From: an uncultured Candidatus Saccharibacteria bacterium
GTDB taxonomy: Bacteria; Patescibacteriota; Minisyncoccia; Phycocordibacterales; Phycocordibacteraceae
Length of the DNA: 64,000 bases
Direction: 5' to 3'
NCBI GenBank assembly: GCA_964469405.1
Contig: CAYXYP010000002.1
Location: forward strand, 9,338-73,337
Shown: piece by piece, positions 20,609 to 30,014 of the stretch
Numbering within the stretch: position 1 is the stretch's first letter
Layout of the letters: every line of letters begins with the position of its first letter
Notes under the pieces: generated by a model
The model's database searches: none
Seen by the model: only the letters and a program-made list of their open reading frames with translations
Told to the model about the DNA's origin: nothing
Made by a program: the position numbers and the translations under genes

Positions 20609-22273
20609 TTACATTCTCTCCGGTGTTGGAATACCAAGAACAGTAAGACCGTTCGTCATGGTGACCACAAATGCGCGAGCGAGCATGAGTTTATGTACTT
20701 CATAGTCGCCACCCACAATACGTTCTTGTGCATAAAAAGAGTTCCACTCTCCCGCCAGTTCGGTGAGATAGTTCACGAGTAGATTTGGCATACGAAAATC
20801 TGCTGCACGAGCGACCACCTCGGGGAAATGCAAAATAATTCTCTCGATTTTGTAGGGCTGTTGTGGCGCTCCTGTTGCTGGAGCGCCACCCTTCTCTGCT
20901 GCTTGAGCCAAGACTGACTTTGCTCGCACGAGCGCATACTGCAGATACGGCCCCGAATCTCCGTCGAGCGAGAGCGATTTTTCTTCATCAAAAATAATGT
21001 CCGAACCTGGCGCTTGCCGCAGAATCATGTACTTGATTGCGCCGATTGCGACCTGTTCTGCAATAAGCGGATCTTCATTCTTCCCGCCCGCCTTCTTGAT
21101 GACGTCTTTAATGAAACCTGCAGCAGTAATAACATTCCCTTCGCGCGAAGACATTTTCCCTGAGGAGAGTTTCAAAAAACCGGTCGCAAGATGCTCGGTC
21201 TTCGCTGCAAGAAGAGGAGTCATCTCAGAGAGTGCTGCGAGTACTGTCTTGAAACGACCGGTCTGCTCATTGCCCGTAACAATGATGACTTTGTCCGAGG
21301 ACCACCGTTCTTCTTTGAGAAACGCGAGTCCGATATCCTTCGCTTCGTAGGTTGGTGTGTTGTGTGACGTGATAAACACCATCGTGTGTACGCCCTTCTT
21401 CTCCCCGTTATAAATAATAGCGCCATCGCTTTTCTCGAAGATTCCTTTTGCGAGCCCGTCATGCACGATGCGCACACCCGTCTCGGTCGTGTCGCTGTCA
21501 AAAAATTCGAAATCGAAATGCGTACCGAGGATGCGCCAAATGCGCCGGAACTCTGCCACAGAGACGTCACGCCCTTTGCGCCACAACTCCATAAGCGCGG
21601 GATCTGCACCGGCGTATATCGCCTGATTGAGTACATCTATTTCCTCTTTTGATTGAGAGTTATTCTCATACGCATTAGCGCCCTCAGTATATGCCCTACC
21701 TATTTCTTCGGCAGTTGTCGGCTCGCTCACGCCATTTTTCTGCAGCCCCCATAACGCCTTCGCTACGTTTGGGCCGATATCACCGCCAAAAGTGTTGCGT
21801 GCTAGCGTCGCCCCAGAATTCTCGATGAGTCTTGAGACTGATTCACCTATAATTGTCCCAACGAGATGCCCCACGTGCATTTCTTTAAATGCATTTGGGT
21901 TTGAGTACTCAATAATAACTCTGACTCCTTTCGCCATAACCCCCTTCCCCCACTCTGCACCCTTCGCATCTGCTTCTGCAACTATGCATGTTACTGATTC
22001 CCGCGCACAGGTGATATTTATAAACCCTGCTCCAGCGACTTCAATTTTCGAAATGGAGTCGCCGAGAGCGTTCTTGAGTTCCTCTGCTAATTCCGCTGCT
22101 AATTCACGAGGATTCTTATGCAAAAGATTTGCCTTCACAAGTGCAGCGTTGGTGTAGTAATCCCCATGAGACATTTCGGCCGGCCTATCGAGTGCAAACG
22201 GGTAAAGTGCGTGCTGTGGTACACCAGCTTTTGTAAGGGCTCTTTCTACTGCTGTTCTAATCCGTTCCTCCAT
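20609..22273 (-). CDS. argS: Arginyl-tRNA synthetase
   Basis: 554 aa with the class I ArgRS profile. Confidence 0.95.
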   Translation of the reverse strand: MEERIRTAVERALTKAGVPQHALYPFALDRPAEMSHGDYYTNAALVKANLLHKNPRELAAELAEELKNALGDSISKIEVAGAGFINITCARESVTCIVAEADAKGAEWGKGVMAKGVRVIIEYSNPNAFKEMHVGHLVGTIIGESVSRLIENSGATLARNTFGGDIGPNVAKALWGLQKNGVSEPTTAEEIGRAYTEGANAYENNSQSKEEIDVLNQAIYAGADPALMELWRKGRDVSVAEFRRIWRILGTHFDFEFFDSDTTETGVRIVHDGLAKGIFEKSDGAIIYNGEKKGVHTMVFITSHNTPTYEAKDIGLAFLKEERWSSDKVIIVTGNEQTGRFKTVLAALSEMTPLLAAKTEHLATGFLKLSSGKMSSREGNVITAAGFIKDVIKKAGGKNEDPLIAEQVAIGAIKYMILRQAPGSDIIFDEEKSLSLDGDSGPYLQYALVRAKSVLAQAAEKGGAPATGAPQQPYKIERIILHFPEVVARAADFRMPNLLVNYLTELAGEWNSFYAQERIVGGDYEVHKLMLARAFVVTMTNGLTVLGIPTPERM

Positions 22274-22291
22274 GCGGCGAGTGTACCAGAT

Positions 22292-23560
22292 TTAGTCGAC
22301 GAACGACTCTGGAATAGGGTGCTCGAACGCAAGTTTTTTCACTTTTTGTTTCGCGAGTTCAACAATCGCGTCGTCGCGTTTCGTAAGTACGTCAATCATT
22401 ATCTCTGCTACTTGCGCGGATTCGGCTTCGTGCAGTCCGCGCGTTGTCATCGCGGGTGTGCCGAAGCGAATGCCGGAAGGGTCCATCGGTGCACGTGTGT
22501 CATCCGCAATCACATTCTTGTTGAGCGTGATGCCCGCGCGATCCAAGAGTCTTTCGGCCTCTCCGCCTGAAATACCGAACGATGCCCAGGCATCGAGCAA
22601 GATGAGATGGTTGTCTGAACCGCCGGTAATCATTCTTGAGTTGTGCTCTTTAAACACTCTCTCCATCGCTTTCGTATTTGCGATGATCTGTTTCGCGTAT
22701 GTTGCAAACGAAGGATGGAGTGCTTCGTGGAATGAAATAGCCTTTGCGGCGATCTGATGCATATGCGGACCACCCTGGAATCCAGGAAATACTGCTTTAT
22801 CTATTTTCTTTGCGATCTCTTCACTCTCACGTGTAAGGATCATGCCACCGCGCGGACCGCGAAGTGTCTTATGCGTGGTCGTGGTCATAATATCGAAACC
22901 GAAATCAAAAGGATTCTTCGCTGCCCTCCCCGCAATGAGTCCAGCGACATGTGCGATGTCCATCACTGCGACTGCTCCTACTTCGCGCGCAATATCGACA
23001 AATTTCGCATAATCGAGTTCGCGCGGATATGCCGAGAAGCCCGCGAGGACAATTTTCGGCTTCGCTTCTTTTGCAACGCGCAGCATATCGTTATAATCGA
23101 TTTCACCCGTCTCGATATCTTTCATTTTGTACCGTATGAAATTGAAAACCTTAGTGAGATACGTCACGGGGTGACCATGCGTCAAGTGTCCACCATGCGA
23201 AAGATCCATACTGAGCACAGTATCGCCCGGCTGAAGGAGCGCAAAATACATCGATATATTTGCGTTCGCGCCACCAAGTGGCTGCACGTTCGCATATGCC
23301 GCATTGAAAAGTTTCTTGGCTCGTTCAATAGCGAGCGTCTCAACTTTGTCCGTAAACGCCTGTCCGCCGTAGTAACGCTTGCCGGGATATCCTTCCGCAT
23401 ATTTATTCGTCAGCGAGGACGCTATCGCCTCTTTCACCGCGCGCGACACGTAATTTTCTGATGGGATTAATTCCAACCCCTCTGCTTGCCGCTTATCTTC
23501 CCCTTCAAGCGCCGAAAAAATCTCCGGGTCCTCATCTTTTATATGATCGTAGAAACTCAT
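22292..23560 (-). CDS. glyA: Serine hydroxymethyltransferase
   Basis: SHMT sequence including the PLP-lysine region TTTTHKTLRGPRGG. Confidence 0.95.
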   Translation of the reverse strand: MSFYDHIKDEDPEIFSALEGEDKRQAEGLELIPSENYVSRAVKEAIASSLTNKYAEGYPGKRYYGGQAFTDKVETLAIERAKKLFNAAYANVQPLGGANANISMYFALLQPGDTVLSMDLSHGGHLTHGHPVTYLTKVFNFIRYKMKDIETGEIDYNDMLRVAKEAKPKIVLAGFSAYPRELDYAKFVDIAREVGAVAVMDIAHVAGLIAGRAAKNPFDFGFDIMTTTTHKTLRGPRGGMILTRESEEIAKKIDKAVFPGFQGGPHMHQIAAKAISFHEALHPSFATYAKQIIANTKAMERVFKEHNSRMITGGSDNHLILLDAWASFGISGGEAERLLDRAGITLNKNVIADDTRAPMDPSGIRFGTPAMTTRGLHEAESAQVAEIMIDVLTKRDDAIVELAKQKVKKLAFEHPIPESFVD

Positions 23561-23985
23561 AGGCCAGTCGTTCCAAATCCTTTTCGATCAGGATTACCAA
23601 GAGAGTCAACCTCATCCCAAACAACGCGATCGAATGGCAGAATGATTATTTGTAGGATTCGATCTCCCTTTTTCAATGCAACTGAAGCATGTGTGAAATT
23701 GTAGAGTGCAGCCTGATACTCGTCGTTGTCTCCTGAAAAATCTTCATCTCCTATACCAATGCCGTTCGCCATAGAGAGCCCGCGCTTATGCAGCGAGCTA
23801 CGGGCCGCAAGAAGCACAAAATGCCCTTGCGGCGGCTTCAGGGCGATGTTGAGAGGGACCATAGCAATACTCATTGCGGGAATCTCAATATCTTCGCGTA
23901 CAGAGCAGTCCATTGCCGCCGCTCCAGCCGTCTTGTATTCCGGCAGAGGTATCCCCTTATCAATCCTTCGTACTGATACTTTCAT
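23557..23985 (-). CDS. dut: dUTP diphosphatase
   Basis: 142-aa trimeric dUTPase motifs (AGAAAMD, GIGIGDEDF). Confidence 0.9.
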   Translation of the reverse strand: MKVSVRRIDKGIPLPEYKTAGAAAMDCSVREDIEIPAMSIAMVPLNIALKPPQGHFVLLAARSSLHKRGLSMANGIGIGDEDFSGDNDEYQAALYNFTHASVALKKGDRILQIIILPFDRVVWDEVDSLGNPDRKGFGTTGL

Positions 23986-24079
23986 GCCGGGATTGTATCA
24001 TTCCAATCGAATTTGATTATTTCTCTAGGTTCCGTATGATGCGGCAGGATAACAGTTCACTACTAGAAAGGAGAGCATC

Positions 24080-24967
24080 GTGTACAACTTCTACAAACCG
24101 CTCGACAAACGGACTCCGGACACGCAGTACCAAGACAGACTCAAGTACGTTCTCATCAATGGAGAGCTGGCAAAAAATACCCCTCAAGGCATCGGGGCAC
24201 TGACGTGCTTCGGAACACTTCCACCAATGGTCTTCGACATTTCAAACGGCGTACCGTTAATTACCGAACGGAAAATCGGCTTTTGGAGGAAGGCCGTCGG
24301 CGAAATAATCGCGTTCGTAAACGGCGCAAGAACCCTTGATGAAATTGCATCCTATGGCTGTGATTTTTGGGAGGATTATCGTGGTAAAGGTACCGAACTT
24401 GGTCTCAATCCACATGATATGGGTCCGGGTTCATATGGTGCAGCATTCCATGATTTCGAGACGCCAGTTTTTGGGAAAACACTGAATCAATTTCAGCAGG
24501 TACTTACGCAGATTCAAAAGTATCCAGACCTTCGAACACACCTCGTAACTCCATGGAAGCCGTACTACACGGCACGTGGTCCGAATCGAAAGGTCATCGT
24601 GGCACCCTGTCACGGATGGCTTCATTTTCGAATCCTGAATGGAAAGCTGCACATGCGAATGGACCAACGTTCGGCGGACATGCCAGTTGGGGTGCCGTCC
24701 AACATGATCGAATACTCGGCACTCCTCCTCATGATGTGCCAAGTAACTGGTTACACTCCGGGAAACTATATTCATAGTTTCTCGGATGCACACATCTACG
24801 AAGAACAGCTCGGGAAGGTGCGCGAGCTAGTAAAACGGGGTGCGCACCCTTTCCCCATTCTGCGACTCGACCCTTCGGTAAAAAATCTGTTTGACTTCCG
24901 GATCGAACACTTCTCGCTCGAAGAATACGACCCTCATCCATCCATGACGATGCCGTACAGTCCTTAA
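24080..24967 (+). CDS. thyA: Thymidylate synthase family enzyme (divergent ThyA)
   Basis: Catalytic Cys in VIVAPCHGW; DQRSAD...PSNMIEYSALL corresponds to the ThyA Q-R-S-x-D...N177 block; SDAHIY. GTG start preceded by AAAGGAGAG. Confidence 0.8.
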   Translation: MYNFYKPLDKRTPDTQYQDRLKYVLINGELAKNTPQGIGALTCFGTLPPMVFDISNGVPLITERKIGFWRKAVGEIIAFVNGARTLDEIASYGCDFWEDYRGKGTELGLNPHDMGPGSYGAAFHDFETPVFGKTLNQFQQVLTQIQKYPDLRTHLVTPWKPYYTARGPNRKVIVAPCHGWLHFRILNGKLHMRMDQRSADMPVGVPSNMIEYSALLLMMCQVTGYTPGNYIHSFSDAHIYEEQLGKVRELVKRGAHPFPILRLDPSVKNLFDFRIEHFSLEEYDPHPSMTMPYSP

Positions 24968-25046
24968 TCATTCGATACATGCCGCCCCATACTTGATGGG
25001 GCGGCTCTTCATTTTATGGTCCGACGTGCTATATATCTTGATAGTT

Positions 25047-25511
25047 ATGTCTCCCAAAAAACAGCAAGTTGATACCAAAAACGCCATCGTCGTGAAGCGT
25101 GGCGACTACGCGAATACCCTTAAAGAAATCGTCACGGGCGGTTTCTGCCCATTCTGCGAAGAGCACCTTTCCAAGCATCATCGACAACCTCTTATATACA
25201 AAAGTAAGTACTGGCTCGTTACGAAAAATGCATGGCCCTACGCAGGGGCCCGATTCCATTTTTTATTTATAGCCCGACCACATATCGAAACAACTGAAGG
25301 CATGTTGCCCGTGATGTGGGCAGATTTCCATAAACTCTATCGAAAATTAGTGCAGAGGAACAAAATCAAAGGAGCGACGCTCATGATTCGATCCGGTGAT
25401 ACGAAAATTACTGGAGCATCAGTCAACCATCTGCATGCGCACCTTATAGTCGGTGTTCAGAGGACAAACAAAACAAGGCTAGTCAATGCGCTCGTTGGTT
25501 TTAAGAAATAA
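25047..25511 (+). CDS. HIT-family (histidine triad) protein
   Basis: HxHxHxx motif NHLHAHLIV and CPFC zinc motif; start chosen at MSPKK. Confidence 0.8.
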   Translation: MSPKKQQVDTKNAIVVKRGDYANTLKEIVTGGFCPFCEEHLSKHHRQPLIYKSKYWLVTKNAWPYAGARFHFLFIARPHIETTEGMLPVMWADFHKLYRKLVQRNKIKGATLMIRSGDTKITGASVNHLHAHLIVGVQRTNKTRLVNALVGFKK

Positions 25512-25559
25512 ATAAACCCCCTCGGCCCGGATGGGACGAGGGGGTTAAGGAACAAAAGT

Positions 25560-26417
25560 TCACATCTCGACACGAATTATTTCAACTCCTTTCGCTTGCA
25601 GCACTTCCGCCCCAGAAACAAGTGCATATCCATCAGCGTAATAAAGACGCTGAATGCCTGAAAACGCACAGAGATACGCACAAGGCGGACAAGGGAATGT
25701 TGTGACCCATAAGTAACAACCTTCGGTACATATACCACGCCGAGCGGCTTCCGCAATCACTCCGGCCTCAGCATGTAATGCGGACGAGAATTCAATGCCT
25801 TGCCCAGGTTCAAAATTACTCCTTGGATCACCGTAGCAGTAAACACTTTGTTCACTGGGAATGTGCTGGTTGAATCTCGATACCACGCTTGGATTCAATA
25901 CTTTTGGTCGAGTCGTGAGAACTGCTCCTATTTGTCGCCACCAATCGGGACTTTTTTGAGCAATACCGTAGGCAAGGGACATCATTTCTCGATCAAATTC
26001 ATCAGTTGAAACGAGACGCTCCCCTTCTGGGCGCCGCTTCATTTGAGTAGCGCCCCAGTCCCAGCGAAGCCGCCAGTCCGTGGTAAATTCGACATGAATG
26101 TCAGAAAAATACTTCTTTGACATAACATGCGCCACATCTTCGTCCGGCATGATGATACGTGCGTGACGTATATTCTTGAGTGTCGCTTGAGTGAGAATAT
26201 GAACTTTCGAGAATATGTCGAGAGATTGAATCATCTTCTTTGATTCAGTTGGCGTAACTCCCGGCAAATGTCTCGTGAGCGGTTTGAATTCTCGAATGAA
26301 TTCTTCACCGAGTACATAGAGTTGACTGTCAGCAAACGCCCTAAAAAGCTTGAGATAGCCTGCGTGCGGTACCGGAATATACGCAACAAGCACCTTGTCA
26401 GACTTTGTCGATTTCAT
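25560..26417 (-). CDS. CMP/dCMP-deaminase zinc-binding-domain protein (putative dCMP deaminase) with an N-terminal extension of roughly 100 aa
   Basis: C-terminal HAEAGVIAEA...TFPCPPCAYL (the H-A-E and PCxxC zinc ligands); the N-terminal domain is unassigned. Confidence 0.65.
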   Translation of the reverse strand: MKSTKSDKVLVAYIPVPHAGYLKLFRAFADSQLYVLGEEFIREFKPLTRHLPGVTPTESKKMIQSLDIFSKVHILTQATLKNIRHARIIMPDEDVAHVMSKKYFSDIHVEFTTDWRLRWDWGATQMKRRPEGERLVSTDEFDREMMSLAYGIAQKSPDWWRQIGAVLTTRPKVLNPSVVSRFNQHIPSEQSVYCYGDPRSNFEPGQGIEFSSALHAEAGVIAEAARRGICTEGCYLWVTTFPCPPCAYLCAFSGIQRLYYADGYALVSGAEVLQAKGVEIIRVEM

Positions 26418-27054
26418 CACGTACCTCCTGCAAAGCAACAGAGAGCCGTTTTTCAACATTCACTAATACCTTAACTGCACCATCCATACTAAGCTGTCGA
26501 ACGCGCGCTGTCGTACTCGTTTCCGCCTGCGGTGGAAGATTTACAACGAACGCACATCGCGCCTGTATTTTTTCGAGACTCGGCAGATCCGTCGTCGATG
26601 TTGAGACAACTCGTACATCGTGTTCAATAATTTTGAACAGCTGATCTTCTTCGAACTGTAGCGTGAGAATATCGACTGGCCGTATATGTCCCAGCACCTT
26701 AACGCGTTCTGCTTGTGGGACAATAGGCCGACCTGGACCTTTCCGCTTTTTTGTAATTTCGTCCGTGTCCACCCCCACAACCATGATGACATGGTCGGCT
26801 GTAGGATAACGCATGGCGACTTCGTCTTTCCCAAGCTGAATGTAGTCGCCGTGACCTATATGGAACAAATCCCATGTGCCGGTTGTAAAGCCGATAATAC
26901 AGCCCATTGAACGCAAGACCTCAATCAGCGCAACAAGATCTTTATGGTCCTGAACATACCGATCATCGAATGACGCGGTGCCCTTGAGAATCCGCAGAGC
27001 CCGGTGACGAACGTCGTCCAGCTTGGCTGGTTTGTAAGTACTTCCCTCTTCCAT
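26398..27054 (-). CDS. Cytidylyltransferase-like nucleotidyltransferase
   Basis: GTWDLFHIGHGDYIQ matches the (H/T)xGH motif of cytidylyl/adenylyltransferases; 218 aa. Confidence 0.6.
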   Translation of the reverse strand: MEEGSTYKPAKLDDVRHRALRILKGTASFDDRYVQDHKDLVALIEVLRSMGCIIGFTTGTWDLFHIGHGDYIQLGKDEVAMRYPTADHVIMVVGVDTDEITKKRKGPGRPIVPQAERVKVLGHIRPVDILTLQFEEDQLFKIIEHDVRVVSTSTTDLPSLEKIQARCAFVVNLPPQAETSTTARVRQLSMDGAVKVLVNVEKRLSVALQEVRDEIDKV

Positions 27055-27204
27055 AGTTCTGCCTCCTTTTATTTGTATGATTTTTTAAAATGAACCGTCA
27101 ATCTGCCAGAAGAGTACGCAGAAACACCAGCAGGCGCAAGATTGACTCCCGATAGATTGTGGGTGAATATGTGGAAGGAAAACTGCACAAAAAAGGAGGT
27201 TCTT

Positions 27205-27750
27205 ATGCAAATCAGTCTTTCGCTCATAGTTGCGATGACACCCAACCACATTATCGGAAATAAAGGGAGTCTGCCGTGGGGACGCATCCCAAGTGATATG
27301 GTGCACTTCAAAAACGTAACTATGGAGGCAGGCACCGTCATCATGGGACGCAAGACCTGGGAGTCGATTTCTCCAAAATTTCGGCCGCTTCCTGGAAGGG
27401 TTAATATCGTACTCACGAGAAAACCCATTCCCTCCGATGTTCCCGAATCAGTTCATTTTGTTAAATCAGTCGAGGAAGCCTGCGAGAAAGCCGCCCTCTA
27501 CGGAAAACGCGCTTGTGTTGCTGGCGGAGAAGAAATTTACAGACTTTTCCTTGCGGTTCCGGATTTGGTAAAGGTGTACATTACCACAGTGAATGCACCT
27601 GACTTAACCGGTGATGCGTACTTTCCGAAAATGGAATCGGGCTTGGGAGCGCCCTGGAAGCGCACACGGAAAACGCCGATGTGTTACGTACATCCTAAGG
27701 ACGAATATGAAACCTCAGTAAGCGTATTTGAACGTTTCGGTATTGTTTAA
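27205..27750 (+). CDS. folA: Dihydrofolate reductase
   Basis: ISLIVAM...GNKGSLPW...IMGRKTWESI...PLPGRVNIVLTR; perfect SD AAAAGGAGG before the ATG at 27205. The ORF track starts earlier, at 27142. Confidence 0.85.
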   Translation: MQISLSLIVAMTPNHIIGNKGSLPWGRIPSDMVHFKNVTMEAGTVIMGRKTWESISPKFRPLPGRVNIVLTRKPIPSDVPESVHFVKSVEEACEKAALYGKRACVAGGEEIYRLFLAVPDLVKVYITTVNAPDLTGDAYFPKMESGLGAPWKRTRKTPMCYVHPKDEYETSVSVFERFGIV

Positions 27751-27753
27751 AAA

Positions 27754-27788
27754 AACGGCGCCCCTTAGTGAGGCGCCGTTTCTTTATT
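27754..27788 (+). terminator. Rho-independent terminator after folA
   Basis: AACGGCGCC-(9-nt loop)-GGCGCCGTT followed by TCTTTATTT. Confidence 0.7.
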
Positions 27789-27896
27789 TAATCAGAAGGA
27801 TGTATTTAACGTCGACTCCTTACAGGAGCTGTACACTTTTTGGATATTTTTATTCTCTTCACTCTAAAAATCTCTCAAAAGGTTCATCGATGTTTC

Positions 27897-28316
27897 TTAC
27901 TTCACATCGATGCCCATCGAGCGAGCGGTACCGGCAATCGTACGGGCAGCAGCTTCCGGGGAAACTGCGTTCATGTCGGAAATCTTTTCAGCGACAATAG
28001 TCGCAATCTGCGCCTTGGTAATAGTACCCGCTTTCTCTTCACCCGGCTTGAGTGCACCCTTCTCGAGACCAATTGCCTTCAAAATGAGGCGCGACGCTGG
28101 CGGATTCTTCATGATGAACGTAAACGTACGATCATCGAAGACCGAGAGCTCTATTGGAATGATAGTTCCCCTTTTGTCCTTCGTCGCCTCATTGAACTGA
28201 GACACGAACTGGCCGATGTTTACACCGGCGGGTCCGAGCGCTGTGCCGACCGGAGGAGCCGGCGTGGCCGCGCCACCAGGGATTTGTAACTTGATTTTCT
28301 TAACTATTTTAGCCAT
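27897..28316 (-). CDS. rplK: 50S ribosomal protein L11
   Basis: 139-aa L11 sequence (IKLQIPGGAATPAPPVGTALGPAGVNI). Confidence 0.95.
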   Translation of the reverse strand: MAKIVKKIKLQIPGGAATPAPPVGTALGPAGVNIGQFVSQFNEATKDKRGTIIPIELSVFDDRTFTFIMKNPPASRLILKAIGLEKGALKPGEEKAGTITKAQIATIVAEKISDMNAVSPEAAARTIAGTARSMGIDVK

Positions 28317-28440
28317 AAATGAAATCTATACGAATAAGTACTTTGCGTCAATTTATACGTTTTCTGCGTCCCATTTTTGGCGCCGGGGAATCCCGCCAAA
28401 TAATGTGACATAAGTGTGCGCTTTAATTTCGTAAACGATA

Positions 28441-29082
28441 CTAAAGCTTCCTTATTTGCAAAAAATCGAGCTCGACTGGTGTCTCGCGACCGAACATTGA
28501 GACCATCACCTTCACCTTCCCGCGATCCTCATCGATCTCGCCGACCTTCCCTTCCAAATCTTTAAAAGGTCCATCAGCGATAACGATTGGATCATCTTTT
28601 ACGAGATCAATGCGATGCTTCGGTGCTTCGGCCGTCATGCGCTTCATGAGCGTTTGAACCTCTGACTCTTCCATCGGGACCGGCGTATTACCGGCGCCAA
28701 CAAACCCGGTGACGCGCGGAGTGTTTCGCACTACGAACCACGAGTCATCGTCGACGATCATGCGCACGAGAATATAACCTGGATAGATTTTCTCCTCTTC
28801 GACAATACGTTTCCCTCCTTTTACATGAATTTTCTTTTCGGTCGGGACGATGACACTGAAGATCTTCCCTTCCATACCGAGAGATTCGATACGCTGCTTC
28901 AAGTTGCGCTCGACAGCGTTCTCGTAGCCGGCATAGGTGTGCACAGTGTACCAACGAGCATCCTTCTCCTGCAGCTGCGTCTCGTCACGAATTTCTTTGC
29001 GCGCCATCGGAGCAATATCTGCCATTCCGATTTCTTCTGGCAAATCCATCTCACCACTGTGCATGTGTTGTGGGTTGTCCAT
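28441..29082 (-). CDS. nusG: Transcription termination/antitermination factor NusG
   Basis: NGN domain RWYTVHTYAGYENAVERNL and KOW domain; about 40-aa N-terminal extension. Confidence 0.9.
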   Translation of the reverse strand: MDNPQHMHSGEMDLPEEIGMADIAPMARKEIRDETQLQEKDARWYTVHTYAGYENAVERNLKQRIESLGMEGKIFSVIVPTEKKIHVKGGKRIVEEEKIYPGYILVRMIVDDDSWFVVRNTPRVTGFVGAGNTPVPMEESEVQTLMKRMTAEAPKHRIDLVKDDPIVIADGPFKDLEGKVGEIDEDRGKVKVMVSMFGRETPVELDFLQIRKL

Positions 29083-29088
29083 AAAAAA

Positions 29089-29274
29089 TTATCCGCCGAC
29101 TACATGACTCACTCCGAAGCTGAAGATATAGTCCAGCAAACTGACGATGAGTGCGATAATAACCGCAATAATGATAATGACGAACGTATGCGCCACGGCT
29201 GTATGATTCGTCGGCCAGACGATGTGCGAGAATTCTTCGCGAACGTGCTTAAGATAAGTGAAGGGTGCGTACAT
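29089..29274 (-). CDS. secE: Preprotein translocase subunit SecE
   Basis: 61 aa; KHVREEFSHIVWPT motif followed by a single TM helix; conserved secE-nusG-rplK order. Confidence 0.75.
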   Translation of the reverse strand: MYAPFTYLKHVREEFSHIVWPTNHTAVAHTFVIIIIAVIIALIVSLLDYIFSFGVSHVVGG

Positions 29275-29317
29275 AAGCGTATATGTTCAGGTCAAATAAA
29301 AAAGCCCTACGGGCTTT

Positions 29318-29346
29318 CGATAGCGTCATTGTAGTACAACGCTCGA
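29318..29346 (-). promoter_or_regulatory. Candidate sigma70-type promoter (minus strand) upstream of secE
   Basis: On the minus strand: TTGACG, a 17-nt spacer, then TACAAT. A GC hairpin plus U-run (29291-29307) follows immediately downstream. Confidence 0.35.
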
Positions 29347-29494
29347 AATGCGTCAATGCCTCCCACGTCAGGTAACCCGATGAGAATGTGCTGTCGATAA
29401 TATTTCTATTGTCGAGTTACAAAAAGAAAAAACCCAGGTACCTCACGGCAGCCGGGTTTTCTATAGCTCTTTTTATTTCATCCCTTCTTTTAGA

Positions 29495-29815
29495 TCATTC
29501 ACACAGAAGAGGTAGTGTTTGAATGAGAATCCCATTCAAAGGATCCGAGAGCAATACTTTCTTGTCGCTCGGCGGCGAAGAGTCTTCTCCTGAATACGTG
29601 CAGTTGCTCCTGTCATCGAGACAAATGGGCTTCCCGCACCTTTTGTGTGGACAGGGAATCTCTTCGAGCTTCCCTGAAAACGTCGTCGCAACGAAATACC
29701 TTCTTTCTGAAGACCTTCTCCCAGAAGATAAGGGGCGCTGAGTTGTTTTTTTACCTCTACTCGACAACATGTTGCCCCCTTTCCCCTTCTGGGTAAGCCT
29801 TTTTAAAAGCGACAT
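29495..29815 (-). CDS. Hypothetical K/R-rich small protein (ORF B)
   Basis: SD AAAGGGGG 4 nt before the internal ATG; overlaps ORF A in the +1 frame; followed by a hairpin with T-run at 29437-29465. Confidence 0.25.
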   Translation of the reverse strand: MSLLKRLTQKGKGGNMLSSRGKKTTQRPLSSGRRSSERRYFVATTFSGKLEEIPCPHKRCGKPICLDDRSNCTYSGEDSSPPSDKKVLLSDPLNGILIQTLPLLCE

Positions 29816-30014
29816 TGAATTCGTCTAATGTCTGACGAACGACAGGTGGTGAACCGGTACTGCGTACTGCTCCACGCGTCGTATCTCCTTCAGACTTCTG
29901 TCTCAACTTTCGACCCGGTGTCTCCGGTGAAAGATTCTTTCTGGCGAACAATGACCTCGCCAGAACGTTTTCTCTGACTTGACCGATCTTACCAAGGACT
30001 ATCCTTTTGCGCAT
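29757..30014 (-). CDS. Hypothetical basic small protein (ORF A); weak resemblance to ribosomal protein L33
   Basis: MRKRIVLGKIGQ...ARKNLSPETPGRKLRQKS...PPVVRQTL weakly matches L33 (KNKRNTP.KLELRKY...PVVRQHV); the position upstream of secE is where rpmG often sits. Confidence 0.2.
   Translation of the reverse strand: MRKRIVLGKIGQVRENVLARSLFARKNLSPETPGRKLRQKSEGDTTRGAVRSTGSPPVVRQTLDEFNVAFKKAYPEGERGQHVVE

Noticed and set aside
22757-23461. 234-aa plus-strand ORF
   Set aside because: Antisense to the high-confidence glyA gene; low-complexity R/F/I-rich translation
29275-29500. tRNA-Trp expected upstream of secE
   Set aside because: No GGTTCGA-type T-loop or cloverleaf could be folded on either strand in this interval
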